Assembly: GCA_963815455.1 (NCBI GenBank)
Contig: CAWFGO010000001.1
Location: 512,001-576,000, forward strand
DNA length: 64,000 bases
Direction: 5' to 3'
DNA from: an uncultured Verrucomicrobiae bacterium
GTDB taxonomy: Bacteria > Verrucomicrobiota > Verrucomicrobiia > Chthoniobacterales > UBA10450
The notes under the pieces were generated by a model. The model made no database searches, was not told the DNA's origin, and saw only the letters and a list, made by a program, of their open reading frames with translations. Positions 51,501 to 61,507 of the stretch are shown here, piece after piece. A program made the position numbers and the translations under genes. Every line of letters starts with the position of its first letter. Position 1 is the first letter of the stretch.

Positions 51501-52539
51501 GGATCGCGAAGAGGGACTCGTTATCAGCAACGTCGCCACGCTCGTCGATGGAAATCCTGACAACAATTTTCTCAAGGAAAGCGAAACAATTCGATTCAAT
51601 CCCGGCGGTATTTTGACAGGCGCAACATTTGTCACCGCGGCGGGGCACCGCCTTTACATGACCACACCGCGCGGACTTTATGTTGTCGATGTCAGCGACC
51701 CGATGCATCCGCGCATCGCCGGACAATTGACGAACGGTTTCCTGAAAAATCCGCGCTGCGTTTCAGTCCAATTCCGCTACGGATTCATTACCGACGATGA
51801 CGGATTGAAGATTGTCGATCTTACCGAGCCGACGCGACCGGTTGCGATTCCGCGCGCGACCGTGCGGCTCAATCACCCGCACCGTTTGTATCTGGCCAGA
51901 ACGTATGCCTACATCGCGAACGGCCCGGAAGGCCTGGCGATCGTCGATGTTGAAAATCCGGAGCGGCCGTTCATCGATCAAATGTTCAATGCCGGCGGCG
52001 CCTTGAATGATACGCAAGCGGTTCAGATTGGCAGCGTGAACGCATCGCAATTTGCGCTGGTAGCCGATGGGAAAAATGGTCTGCGCGTCATTCAATTGAT
52101 TTCGCCCGACACGGTTCCCGGTGCGCAGGGATTCAGTCCCCGGCCAAATCCGAAATTGATCGCGACCCATCACACCAAAGGCGAAGCGATTTGCGTTTCG
52201 CGAGGGCTGGAACGCGACCGCGTAGTCGATGAAACTGGCGGGCAAACGGTTGTGTTCGGCCGGCGCGGTGCGCGTCCGTTCCATCTCGACGAAATAGAAC
52301 GCTTCTATCGAAAATCGACCCGCCTTCGCCCGGCTACGGCGCGGCAGGCATCGGGCGACGGAAAAAATGTTGTGGGCAACGGCGATCTGTATCGTGTCGA
52401 GGACGTCACACTTTCCGGCAGCGTGTTAACGACCAGGAGTGGTGAAATTCTCACGCCGGCGGTGACTCCGACTCCATCGCCAACACCCGAATCAACCGAG
52501 CCGGAAGTGGAGCCAACAGCAATTCCATCTCCACACTAA
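48565..52539 (+). CDS. Multiheme c-type cytochrome (10 CxxCH) fused to LVIVD-repeat beta-propeller; two frameshifts (near 50460-50580 and 51180)
   Basis: CLQCH, CTDCH, CGLCH, CSACH, CMNCH, CGDCH, CVDCH, CQICH, CFGCH, CTDCH; repeats [35 protein letters not shown] and [18 protein letters not shown]. Confidence 0.85.
48589..48625. repeat. Heptamer repeat arm (ACGTTGA)n, right
   Basis: ttgaacgttgagcgttgggcgttgaacgttgaacgtt. Confidence 0.88.
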
Positions 52540-52588
52540 GGGTAGAGCTCCAAGTTGAATGCCTGAATTATTAAGGCAAATTACCTCG

Positions 52589-52806
52589 ATGAGTACCAGG
52601 CAGAGAAGATTTTTCAGAAGGCGCAATGCTTGCCTGAAGAGGCCCAGGACAAACTTTTGGACGCCGCGGAGCAACTTGCTCACCAATACTCATCATCCAA
52701 ATCCCCCCCATTGACGGTACGCGAAGCTGCCGACTTGCGTGGCAAACTCGCCGCATGGGAGGAGGACTGGAACGCGCCAGGCATGGAAGTTTATGACCGG
52801 GCTTAG
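52589..52806 (+). CDS. Putative antitoxin (DUF2281-like); frameshift just after the start
   Basis: Manual translation AEKIFQKAQCLPEEAQDKLLDAAEQL...LAAWEEDWNAPGMEVYDRA*, overlapping the toxin start. Confidence 0.65.
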
Positions 52807-53143
52807 GCGCGGTGATGTGGTTCTCGTTCTGTTTCCCGACTCGAATTTGGCAACTTTCAAACGGCGACCGGCTTTGGTCGTGCAGGCGGATGATCTGGGC
52901 ACCGGGCTTCCGCAGATCGTGATCGCGATGATTACGAGCAATTTGGCGCGCCGCGATCATCCCAGCCGCGTATTCATCCCCTTACGGTCGCCGGTGGCGG
53001 AGGGCTCTGGTTTGCTCACGGATTCCGTGATCATGACGGACAATCTCGCGACAGGTTTAAACAAGGCAATTGTGAGAAAGCTTGGCCGATTAGCGAACAT
53101 GAAGCCGGTGGACGCAGCGCTTCGCGCAACGCTCGGGCTATGA
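52793..53143 (+). CDS. PemK/MazF family toxin
   Basis: RRGDVVLVLFP.S.....KRRPALVVQ, IAMITS and GLLTDSVI..D.L. Confidence 0.9.
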   Translation: MTGLRRGDVVLVLFPDSNLATFKRRPALVVQADDLGTGLPQIVIAMITSNLARRDHPSRVFIPLRSPVAEGSGLLTDSVIMTDNLATGLNKAIVRKLGRLANMKPVDAALRATLGL

Positions 53144-53328
53144 GCCCCGAAGCCACATTGAGCAGACGCAACAAATCTTGCCTGAAGTAGAGTTCGCTTT
53201 AGTGCGCCGGTGACACACAAAACGGCCGAGCTGGGAACGTTTATCCTGCCTTGATAATTCTTTCGATCTTCAAGGCCGAGAATGAGAAAGAATTTGCTGC
53301 TTCGGGTGAAGTTCGTTAAAACTTTTTT

Positions 53329-53559
53329 GTGGCGGACAAAGCAAACAAGCAGCCCGAGAATGTTCCCGGGCCCTGGTATGTGGATACGACCTGCACGCCG
53401 TGCGGCGTTTGTCTGGATCAAGCGTCGAAACTTATCAAATATAACAAGGACGAAACGGCGGTTTACTTTTTCAAACAACCGGCGACCGACGAAGAACGGG
53501 CTGCGGCGCAACGGGCAGCGGAAGTTTGTCCCACCCTGGCCATCGGAAACGACGGTTAG
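53329..53559 (+). CDS. Single-cluster ferredoxin
   Basis: YVDTTCTPCGVC...CPTLAIG. Confidence 0.9.
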   Translation: MADKANKQPENVPGPWYVDTTCTPCGVCLDQASKLIKYNKDETAVYFFKQPATDEERAAAQRAAEVCPTLAIGNDG

Positions 53560-53628
53560 TTCTGCAGCGGCGAACGCGCGGAAATTAGCTTAGAATATTT
53601 GCGACGGTGGCAGACTGCCGCTACAGAA
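53560..53628. repeat. Palindromic intergenic element (TCTGCAGCGGC...GCCGCTACAGA)
   Basis: Inverted ends ttctgcagcggc / gccgctacagaa. Confidence 0.55.
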
Positions 53629-53633
53629 GTGAC

Positions 53634-54803
53634 ATGGCAGAAGTTACTGCTCCACCAAAACCTGCAGCGCCGGCTTCGCCTTGGACGCGGAGCAATCCGT
53701 TTCCCGGCAAACTCGCGGTCAATCGACGTTTAAGCGGACCGGAATCGGCCAAGGATACGCGGCATTTTGAGATCGATCTCACCGGCTGGGGACTGAGCTT
53801 CGAAGTGGGCGACTCGGTGGCGGTCTATCCAACGAACGATCCAAAGCTCGTCGAAGAAATCATTCGTGCGCTCGGCGCGAAGGGCGATGAAACGGTGCCC
53901 GCTGCCAAAACTCAAAAAAGTCTGCGCGAGGCGCTGCTGCGCGATTATTCCATCACCCAGCCAACGCCGAAGTTCTTGAGGGCGATTGCGGATCGGTGCG
54001 AATCGGCGCCGTTGCTGAAGGAATTGTTGCACCCCGAGCGCAAACAGGATCTCGAGAATCATGTTTGGGGCATGGAAGTGATCGATTTTCTGGTCGACCA
54101 TCCTTCCGCCAAATTTACGCCAGAAGAATTCGTCGGGCTGCTCACGAAACTGCAGCCACGGCTTTACTCCGTCGCCTCGAGCCTCCGCGTCTTCCCCGAT
54201 CAAGTGCATTTCATTATCGATGTTGTCCGTTACGAAAGTCATGGCCGCGTGCGCAAAGGCGTGGCCTCGACGTTTCTGGCCGAGCGGGCGGACAACGTTC
54301 CAGTGCCGGTTTATCCCAGCCTGGCAAAACATTTTCATCTGCCGGAAAATGGGGACATACCGCTCATCATGGTTGGACCCGGTACCGGCGTCGCGCCGTT
54401 CCGCGCGTTTTTACAGGATCGACAAGCGACCGGCGCGAAGGGAAAGAACTGGCTCTTCTTCGGGGCGCAAAAGGAAAGCTGCGATTATTCTTACAAAGAG
54501 GATTTCGCGCGGTTCAAACATGACGGGATTCTTACCCGGCTCGATTGCGCCTGGTCGCGCGATCAAGCCCACAAAATTTATGTCCAGAACCGGATGCTGG
54601 AGAATGCCGCAGAAATTTGGAAATGGATCGACAGCGAAGGCGCGCAGTTTTTTGTATGCGGCGACGCGCGGCGGATGGCCAAGGATGTCGATGCTGCGTT
54701 GCGACAGATTGTGCAGGAGCACGGCGGGAAATCGCCCGATGACGCCAACGCCTACGTCGAGAAACTTAAGAGCGACAAGCGCTACAAGCGCGACGTGTAC
54801 TGA
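53634..54803 (+). CDS. CysJ-like (sulfite reductase flavoprotein-type) FAD/NADPH oxidoreductase without a flavodoxin domain
   Basis: PRLYSVASS, GVASTFL, MVGPGTGVAPFRAF, LFFG, KIYVQ, VCGDARRMAKDV and RYKRDVY. Confidence 0.88.
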   Translation: MAEVTAPPKPAAPASPWTRSNPFPGKLAVNRRLSGPESAKDTRHFEIDLTGWGLSFEVGDSVAVYPTNDPKLVEEIIRALGAKGDETVPAAKTQKSLREALLRDYSITQPTPKFLRAIADRCESAPLLKELLHPERKQDLENHVWGMEVIDFLVDHPSAKFTPEEFVGLLTKLQPRLYSVASSLRVFPDQVHFIIDVVRYESHGRVRKGVASTFLAERADNVPVPVYPSLAKHFHLPENGDIPLIMVGPGTGVAPFRAFLQDRQATGAKGKNWLFFGAQKESCDYSYKEDFARFKHDGILTRLDCAWSRDQAHKIYVQNRMLENAAEIWKWIDSEGAQFFVCGDARRMAKDVDAALRQIVQEHGGKSPDDANAYVEKLKSDKRYKRDVY

Positions 54804-54874
54804 TGGAGTATTGGAGTGCTGGAGCAATGAGGCGATAGTTTTCGAGCCATTGCTCCACCACTCATGAATACCCC
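54804..54874. repeat. Inverted short-period repeat (TGGAGTAT)n / (ACTCCA-like)n
   Basis: tggagtat tggagtgc tggagcaa ... ccattgctccaccactc. Confidence 0.6.
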
Positions 54875-56405
54875 GGTCCCGAGACGCAACGCGCTCCTGA
54901 TCACCGCCCTGGCCCCGGTCATCCCGCAAATTTTCGGCAGCATCTTCAATATTTGGTACAACATGGTCGTGATCAATCCGCTGCTTTCGGCAGCGGCCCT
55001 GCAGCAGCGCTTTCTTGCGACTGTCATTGTTTGGAATGTCATCGCTTATCCCGCCGCGGTTGCGCTCTGGGTGTGGCTGATTCTTTCGCTGCGACCGGCC
55101 TTTCGCCAATTGCTTCGAGGCGAAGCTGTTCCGCCGGCGGACACGTTGGAAGTGGCACGACGGCGGCTGGTTCATTTGCCCTGGTATGGTGCTGCGATTT
55201 CCGGCGTCGCGTGGCTGCTCGGGGCCGCGGTGTTTCCGATTTCCTTGTCGCTTGGCGGTCATCCCATGGATCCGCAGTTGCTCTGGCATCTGCCGATTTC
55301 GTTCGCGGTGTCGGGGTTCATTGCCCTCACCCAAAGTTTTTTTCTGATCGAATGGTCGAGCCAATGGGGATTATACCCGGCGTTCTTTCAAGATGTGCGG
55401 CCGGACCGTTTGAAGGGGATCCATCCGATTTCGTTGCGCACCCGCGGCCTGATGTGGGTAATTTCCACCGGCATTTGCCCGATTGCGTCACTTTTGCTTT
55501 TGATTTTTGCGCCGGCCGCGCCGGGAACCAATCCCCAATGGTTCGGTCTTTTTGTCGGCACGATTAGCATCGTTTTCGGGCTTGGTTCGGCATTACTGAT
55601 TGGCCATTCGGTGGCACAACCGGTCGATCAATTACGCGTTGCCGCCCAATCCATCACCGACGGCAACCTCGATGTGCACGTCCCATTGCAGCGGGCAGAC
55701 GAATTCGGCGCGCTCATCGGCGAGTTCAATCATATGGTGACCGGCCTGCGCGAAAAAGAGCACTTGCGCAACACCTTCGGCTTGCACGTCGGACGAAAAG
55801 CGGCTGAACAAATCCTGGCCCGCGATCCCGGGCTTGGCGGCACCGAGCAGGAGATCACGGTCATGTTTGTCGATATTCGCTCGTTCACCGCGCGCTCGGC
55901 CCATTTGTCGCCTAGCGAAGCCGTCAATCTGCTCAATGAATTCCTGCGCGTGATGGTCGAAGCCGTGGAAGGAGAGCACGGGGGCATGATTAACAAATTT
56001 CTCGGTGACGGGTTCATGGCTCTTTTTGGCGTCGAAAGCCATGCCCACAATCACGCCGATCGCGCGGTGGCATCGGGGCGATCAATGCAGCGCGCGCTGG
56101 AGCGGCTGAATCTGCAGCGCGTCCAGCTCGGCCAGGATGCGATTGCCATCGGCATTGGCATTAACACTGGCCCGGTCATCGTCGGCAGCATCGGTTCCCC
56201 GGAACGCATGGAGTTCACGGTAATTGGCAACACAGTCAATGTGGCATCGCGCATCGAGGGATTGAACAAAACGCTCGGCACCACGTTGCTCATGAGCAAG
56301 ACAACCCGGGATGCGTTGCAACGCCCGCCGCAGTTACGACCCCTGCCGGCGCAACCGGTAAAAGGCGTGGACCAGCCGGTGGAAATTTTTACGATCGAGA
56401 GCTAG
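54864..56405 (+). CDS. Membrane-bound class III adenylate/guanylate cyclase with HAMP domain
   Basis: Six TM segments, HAMP (RADEFGAL..EFNHMV), VMFVDIRSFT, KFLGDG and TVIGNTVNVASRIE. Confidence 0.92.
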   Translation: MNTPVPRRNALLITALAPVIPQIFGSIFNIWYNMVVINPLLSAAALQQRFLATVIVWNVIAYPAAVALWVWLILSLRPAFRQLLRGEAVPPADTLEVARRRLVHLPWYGAAISGVAWLLGAAVFPISLSLGGHPMDPQLLWHLPISFAVSGFIALTQSFFLIEWSSQWGLYPAFFQDVRPDRLKGIHPISLRTRGLMWVISTGICPIASLLLLIFAPAAPGTNPQWFGLFVGTISIVFGLGSALLIGHSVAQPVDQLRVAAQSITDGNLDVHVPLQRADEFGALIGEFNHMVTGLREKEHLRNTFGLHVGRKAAEQILARDPGLGGTEQEITVMFVDIRSFTARSAHLSPSEAVNLLNEFLRVMVEAVEGEHGGMINKFLGDGFMALFGVESHAHNHADRAVASGRSMQRALERLNLQRVQLGQDAIAIGIGINTGPVIVGSIGSPERMEFTVIGNTVNVASRIEGLNKTLGTTLLMSKTTRDALQRPPQLRPLPAQPVKGVDQPVEIFTIES

Positions 56406-56806
56406 GCGAAGATGCTCGCCAGATGCGGCCAAAAAATGAGCGCCCCGATTATGACGGCTGCGATTGCAGTGACGAGCACCGCGCCCGCCGCGACATCCTT
56501 GGCGTCGCGCACCAAGGGGTGAAACTCGGGTGAAGCGGCATCGGCCAGAAATTCAAAAGCGGTATTAAGCGCCTCCGCTGTCCACACGATCGCCATGGCA
56601 AGCACGATCCAGCACCATTCAGCGCGCGTTAGTTGAAGGAAAAATCCGCCCGCGAGCACGATTATCGTCGATGCAGCGTGAATCCAGGCATTGTGTTGGC
56701 ATCGGATCATGCGAAGGATACCTGTGATAGCGTGACGGAAACTTCGAATCCGCCCCGTGAATTCGAAGGGCCGCGTTTCAAAGACGCCATGTGACGTGCG
56801 CTTCAC
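56402..56806 (-). CDS. dgkA: Diacylglycerol/undecaprenol kinase family protein (start approximate)
   Basis: SFRHAITGI, EALNTAFE and AKDVAAGAV. Confidence 0.88.
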   Translation of the reverse strand: MKRTSHGVFETRPFEFTGRIRSFRHAITGILRMIRCQHNAWIHAASTIIVLAGGFFLQLTRAEWCWIVLAMAIVWTAEALNTAFEFLADAASPEFHPLVRDAKDVAAGAVLVTAIAAVIIGALIFWPHLASIFA

Positions 56807-56828
56807 AATAAATCGCGCCAATCGATTC

Positions 56829-57446
56829 TCACTTATGATCTCCGTCCCAGGTTTTCTTCTGGAACGATTCGCGGCCCGATCCTTTCTCGAACGCCTCGAA
56901 GTGTTCCGGATTCTGCCGGTAATATTTTTGATGATACTCTTCGGCTGGCCAAAATTTTGTCGCCGGAAGAATTTCGGTTGCAATCAGTTCCTTAAACTTC
57001 CCCGAGTGCGCCAACTTTTCTTTTGAGGCTTCGGCGATCTTTTTTTCCTCAGCGTTGCTGAAAAAAATCGCGGCCCGATAACTCGGACCGATGTCGGTGA
57101 ACTGGCCATCGGCCTGGGTCGGGTCGATCTGTCGCCAGTAAATATCGAGCAACTGATTGTAGGAAATTTTCGATGGATCGTAAGTGATCTCGATCGATTC
57201 CCGGTATTTCGTCTTTTCCGAAGTGACGAGGGCATAGGTCGGATTGGGTTCGGTTCCTCCGCAATAGCCGACCACGGTCTTGATCACGCCATCGGCTTTG
57301 TCGAACGCAGGCTGAATGCACCAAAAACAGCCGCCGGCAAAAACAGCGGTTTTGGTTGCGACGGGCGACGAATCTTGCGCCGAGGCAAGATAGGCGGCCA
57401 GGCCGAGGAACAGTCCGACGATCAACACCGGGAGAATCTTTCTCAT
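56829..57446 (-). CDS. msrA: Peptide-methionine (S)-S-oxide reductase, secreted
   Basis: Signal peptide, FAGGCFWC, DPT..GQF.D.G..YR and AEEYHQKYY. Confidence 0.95.
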   Translation of the reverse strand: MRKILPVLIVGLFLGLAAYLASAQDSSPVATKTAVFAGGCFWCIQPAFDKADGVIKTVVGYCGGTEPNPTYALVTSEKTKYRESIEITYDPSKISYNQLLDIYWRQIDPTQADGQFTDIGPSYRAAIFFSNAEEKKIAEASKEKLAHSGKFKELIATEILPATKFWPAEEYHQKYYRQNPEHFEAFEKGSGRESFQKKTWDGDHK

Positions 57447-57463
57447 GCGGTCATTTTAGCATA

Positions 57464-58150
57464 ATGGCGGCGGGGACGCTCCTGGTGGTTGCGTGGTTGA
57501 ATCACGTCGCGGCAACGACGATTTTATCCGCGTGGTCGGAACTAATCCCGGAATCGTACGTCGCGCGGCTCGATCTGCCGAAAATTTTTGGGCGGATCGC
57601 GCCGTTGCATGTCGATCTTGGTTGCGGCGACGGATCGTTTCTTGCCGCGCTGGCCGAGCGGAATCCGGAAAAGAACTTTCTTGGAATCGAGCGGCGGGCC
57701 GGGCGCGTTGGCAAAGCCTGCCGAAAAGCCGGTCCGAGCCGGACTGGCGATCCGAGCCGGATTGGCGGCAGGATCGACAATATGCGGGTTCTGCATTTGG
57801 AAACTTCTTACGCTGTCCGGTATTTGTTGCCGGAGCAATCGGTGGCGACATTTTATCTTTTGTTTCCCGACCCGTGGCCGAAGCGGCGTCATCAACGCCG
57901 GCGCGTGGTGTCGCCGGATTTTCTGCAATCGATCCATCGCGCGCTGGCGCCAGGCGGGGTTCTCCAAATCGCGACCGATCAACTCGATTACTTCCAGCAG
58001 ATGCAAAGTTTGACGGAAAACGGTCCTCAATTTGAGAAGATCGACATCGGCGTGGATGATCTTCCGAAAACCAAGTTCGAGCGCATTTTTCAGCAACAAG
58101 GCGCGCCGATCTATCGATGTTCGCTGCGGAAGATTTCGCCGGTGATGTAG
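57464..58150 (+). CDS. trmB: tRNA (guanine-N7)-methyltransferase (start approximate)
   Basis: VDLGCGDG, NFLGIE, FPDPWPKRRH..RR, ATD and TKFE. Confidence 0.9.
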   Translation: MAAGTLLVVAWLNHVAATTILSAWSELIPESYVARLDLPKIFGRIAPLHVDLGCGDGSFLAALAERNPEKNFLGIERRAGRVGKACRKAGPSRTGDPSRIGGRIDNMRVLHLETSYAVRYLLPEQSVATFYLLFPDPWPKRRHQRRRVVSPDFLQSIHRALAPGGVLQIATDQLDYFQQMQSLTENGPQFEKIDIGVDDLPKTKFERIFQQQGAPIYRCSLRKISPVM

Positions 58151-60412
58151 CTCTCGGCCTCCCAGTTGCGCCGACCAAATCGCAGGATCACCGCGCCGGT
58201 CTCATCCTGGCGGAAAAGCTTGATCCCGCGCGCCGCGGATCCTGGCGGCCCATTCGTCGTTGATTCGTTCGTTTTCTGGAAATTCGCGCGACGTGGCGAT
58301 AATCAATCTTGGCTGAACAGCGTCCAGAAAGGCATCGGAACCGGAGATTCCCGAAGGATGTTGTCCTTTAACGAGAATGTCGCTTCGCAAATCTTGACCG
58401 GAGCTGAGAAGGCGCCGTTCGGTTTCTTCACCGGCATCCGACACGAACAAGATAGACCCGGACGAACCGACGACCAGCCGAATGACATATGCTTGATCGT
58501 CTACTCTTGTCGTTGGCAGAACTCGCGGGGGATAGAGAATGTGCGCCGTGACGTTGCGTGAAAGCCGGAAATTATCGCCCAGAACCAGATCGTCTCGTTT
58601 GATTCCCTGTTCCTTTAAAAGGCTACGCAATCGCTGATGAACACGCGATCTATCCGGCAACGGATTGTCGATTACACGCGCGGGTCGAAGATCGCCTAGC
58701 AAAGGCGCGGCGCCACCGATGTGGGCCGAGTCGCCGTGGGTCAGAACCAAACCATGAAGCCGGTTTACGCCCGACCAGTGTAAATATTCGCGAAGAGTGC
58801 GGGCGTAATTTCGTTCGCTTCCGCAATCGAGCAGCCAGTTGGCGCCACCGGCCCGGATATGAACGGCCGCGCCTGTGCCAACGTCGAGCACCGTGACCCT
58901 GGCAACAAGGTTTTCGGGCCCATGTGGATGTTCGACATAAAAATGTCCGCCCGGAATCTGGGCAAATAGATGAACAATTCCCAGGACAAGCTTCGCCAAA
59001 GACCAGTTCGCGTTGTTAAAAACGACGGAGAGCCAGGGGATTAGCGGCGCAAAGAGAAGCGAGAGCAGTGCGATTGCCAGGATGAAGAAAGCGAGCGGGA
59101 CGACAAGCAGATTCGCCAATAATGAGATCGGCGTGACCAGGTGAAAATACCAGAGGATGAGCAGGAGCGAGCCAGTCCATGCGGCAAGCGAGACGGCTGC
59201 CCCCTGACAAAGCCATTCGAAACACGCGTGCAGCCAATATCGCGGGCCGCGCAGCAAACTTCGCGGCACGAAAGGATCAGGCGCGCCCCAGCCCTGAAGA
59301 AATCCGGAGAGCGGATCTGCCAGCAAAACAATCGCGCTGACTACGGCAAAGGAGAGTTGGAATCCGGCGGAAAATAATTCGTTCGTATTCCAGCAGAGAA
59401 GAAAAAATGCGGCACCGGCCAGGCTGTTGAGCAGGAAAACTTTTCGTTCGAAAAAAATGCCGCCGAGCAGGATCGAGCCCATAACCGCAGCGCGCACACT
59501 TGAAACATGCAACCCAGTCACTGCCGCATAGAAGAAAAGCGCTGGAATGATGAGGACGGTTGCCCATTTTTGCGAAAGCCGGGCCACACTGGTCAATATC
59601 CAGAGTAGCGACGCAAAGATTCCCACGTGCAGACCGGCGACGGCGAAAAGATGCAGCGTGCCTGTTTGTTGAAACGGTTCCTCAATGTCCTCTGGTGTCT
59701 GGCGCCTGAGGCCGAGCGCGATGCCGCTAATGAAGCCCTGCACGTCAGGCGAGTCTTCCAATCCGCGACAAAGCGCGTATTGCAGCCAGGCTCGCGACTT
59801 CTGGGCGCCTCGAAGGACAAAATTTCCCCCGCCCTGACGAAGCACGACGCCGTCCTCCTCATAACGGACGAATAAGGTTCTGCGAATGTCGTCGCGCGCG
59901 AGATAAGCGCGCAGATCGAACTCGCCCGGGTTCCGCGACGGTGCAATCGGCTCCGCCATTCCAAAAAGTTTCAATTCGTCGCCAAATACGGGTTTGCCAC
60001 GCCAGCGGACAAACCATGTCGTATCTCCGAGCTGCGTTTTTCCTTCAAACTCAATCGACTCGAGCTTGAGCAGAAAGCTGGCGAATCCACTCGGCGCGAT
60101 TTTGGGTTCGCTGACCACCGAGCCAAGCACGCTAACGACTCGCGGACGGTCTCCAAGTTGAGCGGCCAATCGCTCGCCTACAGTGTCCGTCGTGCGAAAG
60201 TTATGCAGCAGGAAAAAGCACACGCCGACAATCGCATAGGTCGCGATCAAGACGGGACGGAGCAAGGCGACCAGACCACAGGCCGCAACCGAAATGGCAG
60301 TCACGACAAGCGCAGACGAAGGGAGCGGATAGAAGTCCGCCAGAATAATTCCGAGTCCCGCTGCCAGGGCTAAGCCGACAAACGGCTGGCGCGGTGCACT
60401 CAGCAACTTCAT
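58111..60412 (-). CDS. comEC: ComEC/Rec2 competence protein; frameshift near the C-terminus
   Basis: RNPGEFD, GTLHLFAVAGLHV, GFQLSF, LDVGTG and LTHGDSAHIGG; the tail LFRQDETGAV is in another frame, ending at 58111. Confidence 0.9.
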
Positions 60413-60479
60413 CGACCGGCTTTTCGCTCATTCGGGCCTGGTTAGGCAAGCCTCAATCGCGTGGTCGCTCACTAAATTA

Positions 60480-61148
60480 TCACACAAACGATCTGATAAG
60501 ATCGACATCCTTGCGCGTGATATTGGGAACGACGGCGCCGTCAGCCGGATGGCCCACCACCAGGAGCAGAAATGGTTTTTCATAATTCGGGCGTTTCAGA
60601 ATTCGATTCAGGAAGGCCATCGGGCTGGGTGTGTGCGTAAGCGAGGCGAGCCCGGCCTGATGAATCGCTGCAACAAGGAAACCGGTGGCGATACCGACCG
60701 ATTCGGTCGCGTAGTAATGTTTCATCCGCCGACCATCAGGCAAGATCTTGTATGGTTGGGAAAAGACCCCGATCAACCAGGGCGCGATCTCCAGAAACGG
60801 CTTGTGCCAGTCGGTGCCAATCGGCGCCAGCGCTTCAAGCCATTCTTTCGGCGCGCGATGCTGGTAAAACTCGCGCTCCTCGCTCTCAGCTCCGATGCGG
60901 ATCTCATGTTTGATCGCCGGATCGCTGATCGCCACAAAATGCCACGGTTGCAGGTTCGCTCCGCTCGGCGCGCTCCCGGCCACGCGCAGGCAATCCTCGA
61001 TCACTTCACGGGCGATTGGCCGCTCGGAGAAATCCCGCACGGTCCGCCGTTGGGCCATCATTTTGGCAAACGTTGCGACTTTCGTTGCGACGTCGGAATC
61101 CGAAACGCTCGGCCGTTGCGGCAAGGGGATAAAGTGCGGCTTGCTCAT
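60480..61148 (-). CDS. Nitroreductase family, iodotyrosine deiodinase-like
   Basis: RRTVRDFS, APSGANLQPWHF, EEREFY, EWLEALAPIGTDWHKPFLE and LTHTPSPM. Confidence 0.85.
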   Translation of the reverse strand: MSKPHFIPLPQRPSVSDSDVATKVATFAKMMAQRRTVRDFSERPIAREVIEDCLRVAGSAPSGANLQPWHFVAISDPAIKHEIRIGAESEEREFYQHRAPKEWLEALAPIGTDWHKPFLEIAPWLIGVFSQPYKILPDGRRMKHYYATESVGIATGFLVAAIHQAGLASLTHTPSPMAFLNRILKRPNYEKPFLLLVVGHPADGAVVPNITRKDVDLIRSFV

Positions 61149-61258
61149 GGCGCACAATTTAGCGGCGCGAGCACGGATATGCTAAGAAAGATCGCTGGCT
61201 TTTGCATACCTCGCGCATCTGCATTGCAAATCTGCCATAAGTGCGCCATGGTTGTGGC

Positions 61259-61507
61259 ATGACAGCAACCATACGACTGGACGAATCGAACCGGATTGTT
61301 CTTTCTCGCGATTTGCGGCGGGCGGCGGGCATTGCCGCCGGCCAAATCCTTCAAGCCTCGGCCGTGCCCGGGCGCATAGTGATTGAGGCGGCGGCCAACC
61401 CACGAGGCAAAATTGTCAAACGCGGCCGGCTGAAGGTGTGGACTGGCGCCGTGCCGCGCACGCCGCTGGCAGAAGCAGTCGAGCAAGCTCGTCGTTACGA
61501 GCGATGA
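61259..61507 (+). CDS. AbrB/MazE-type antitoxin
   Basis: MTATIRLDESNRIVLSRDLRRAAGI..G; ATGA-coupled to a PIN toxin. Confidence 0.8.
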   Translation: MTATIRLDESNRIVLSRDLRRAAGIAAGQILQASAVPGRIVIEAAANPRGKIVKRGRLKVWTGAVPRTPLAEAVEQARRYER

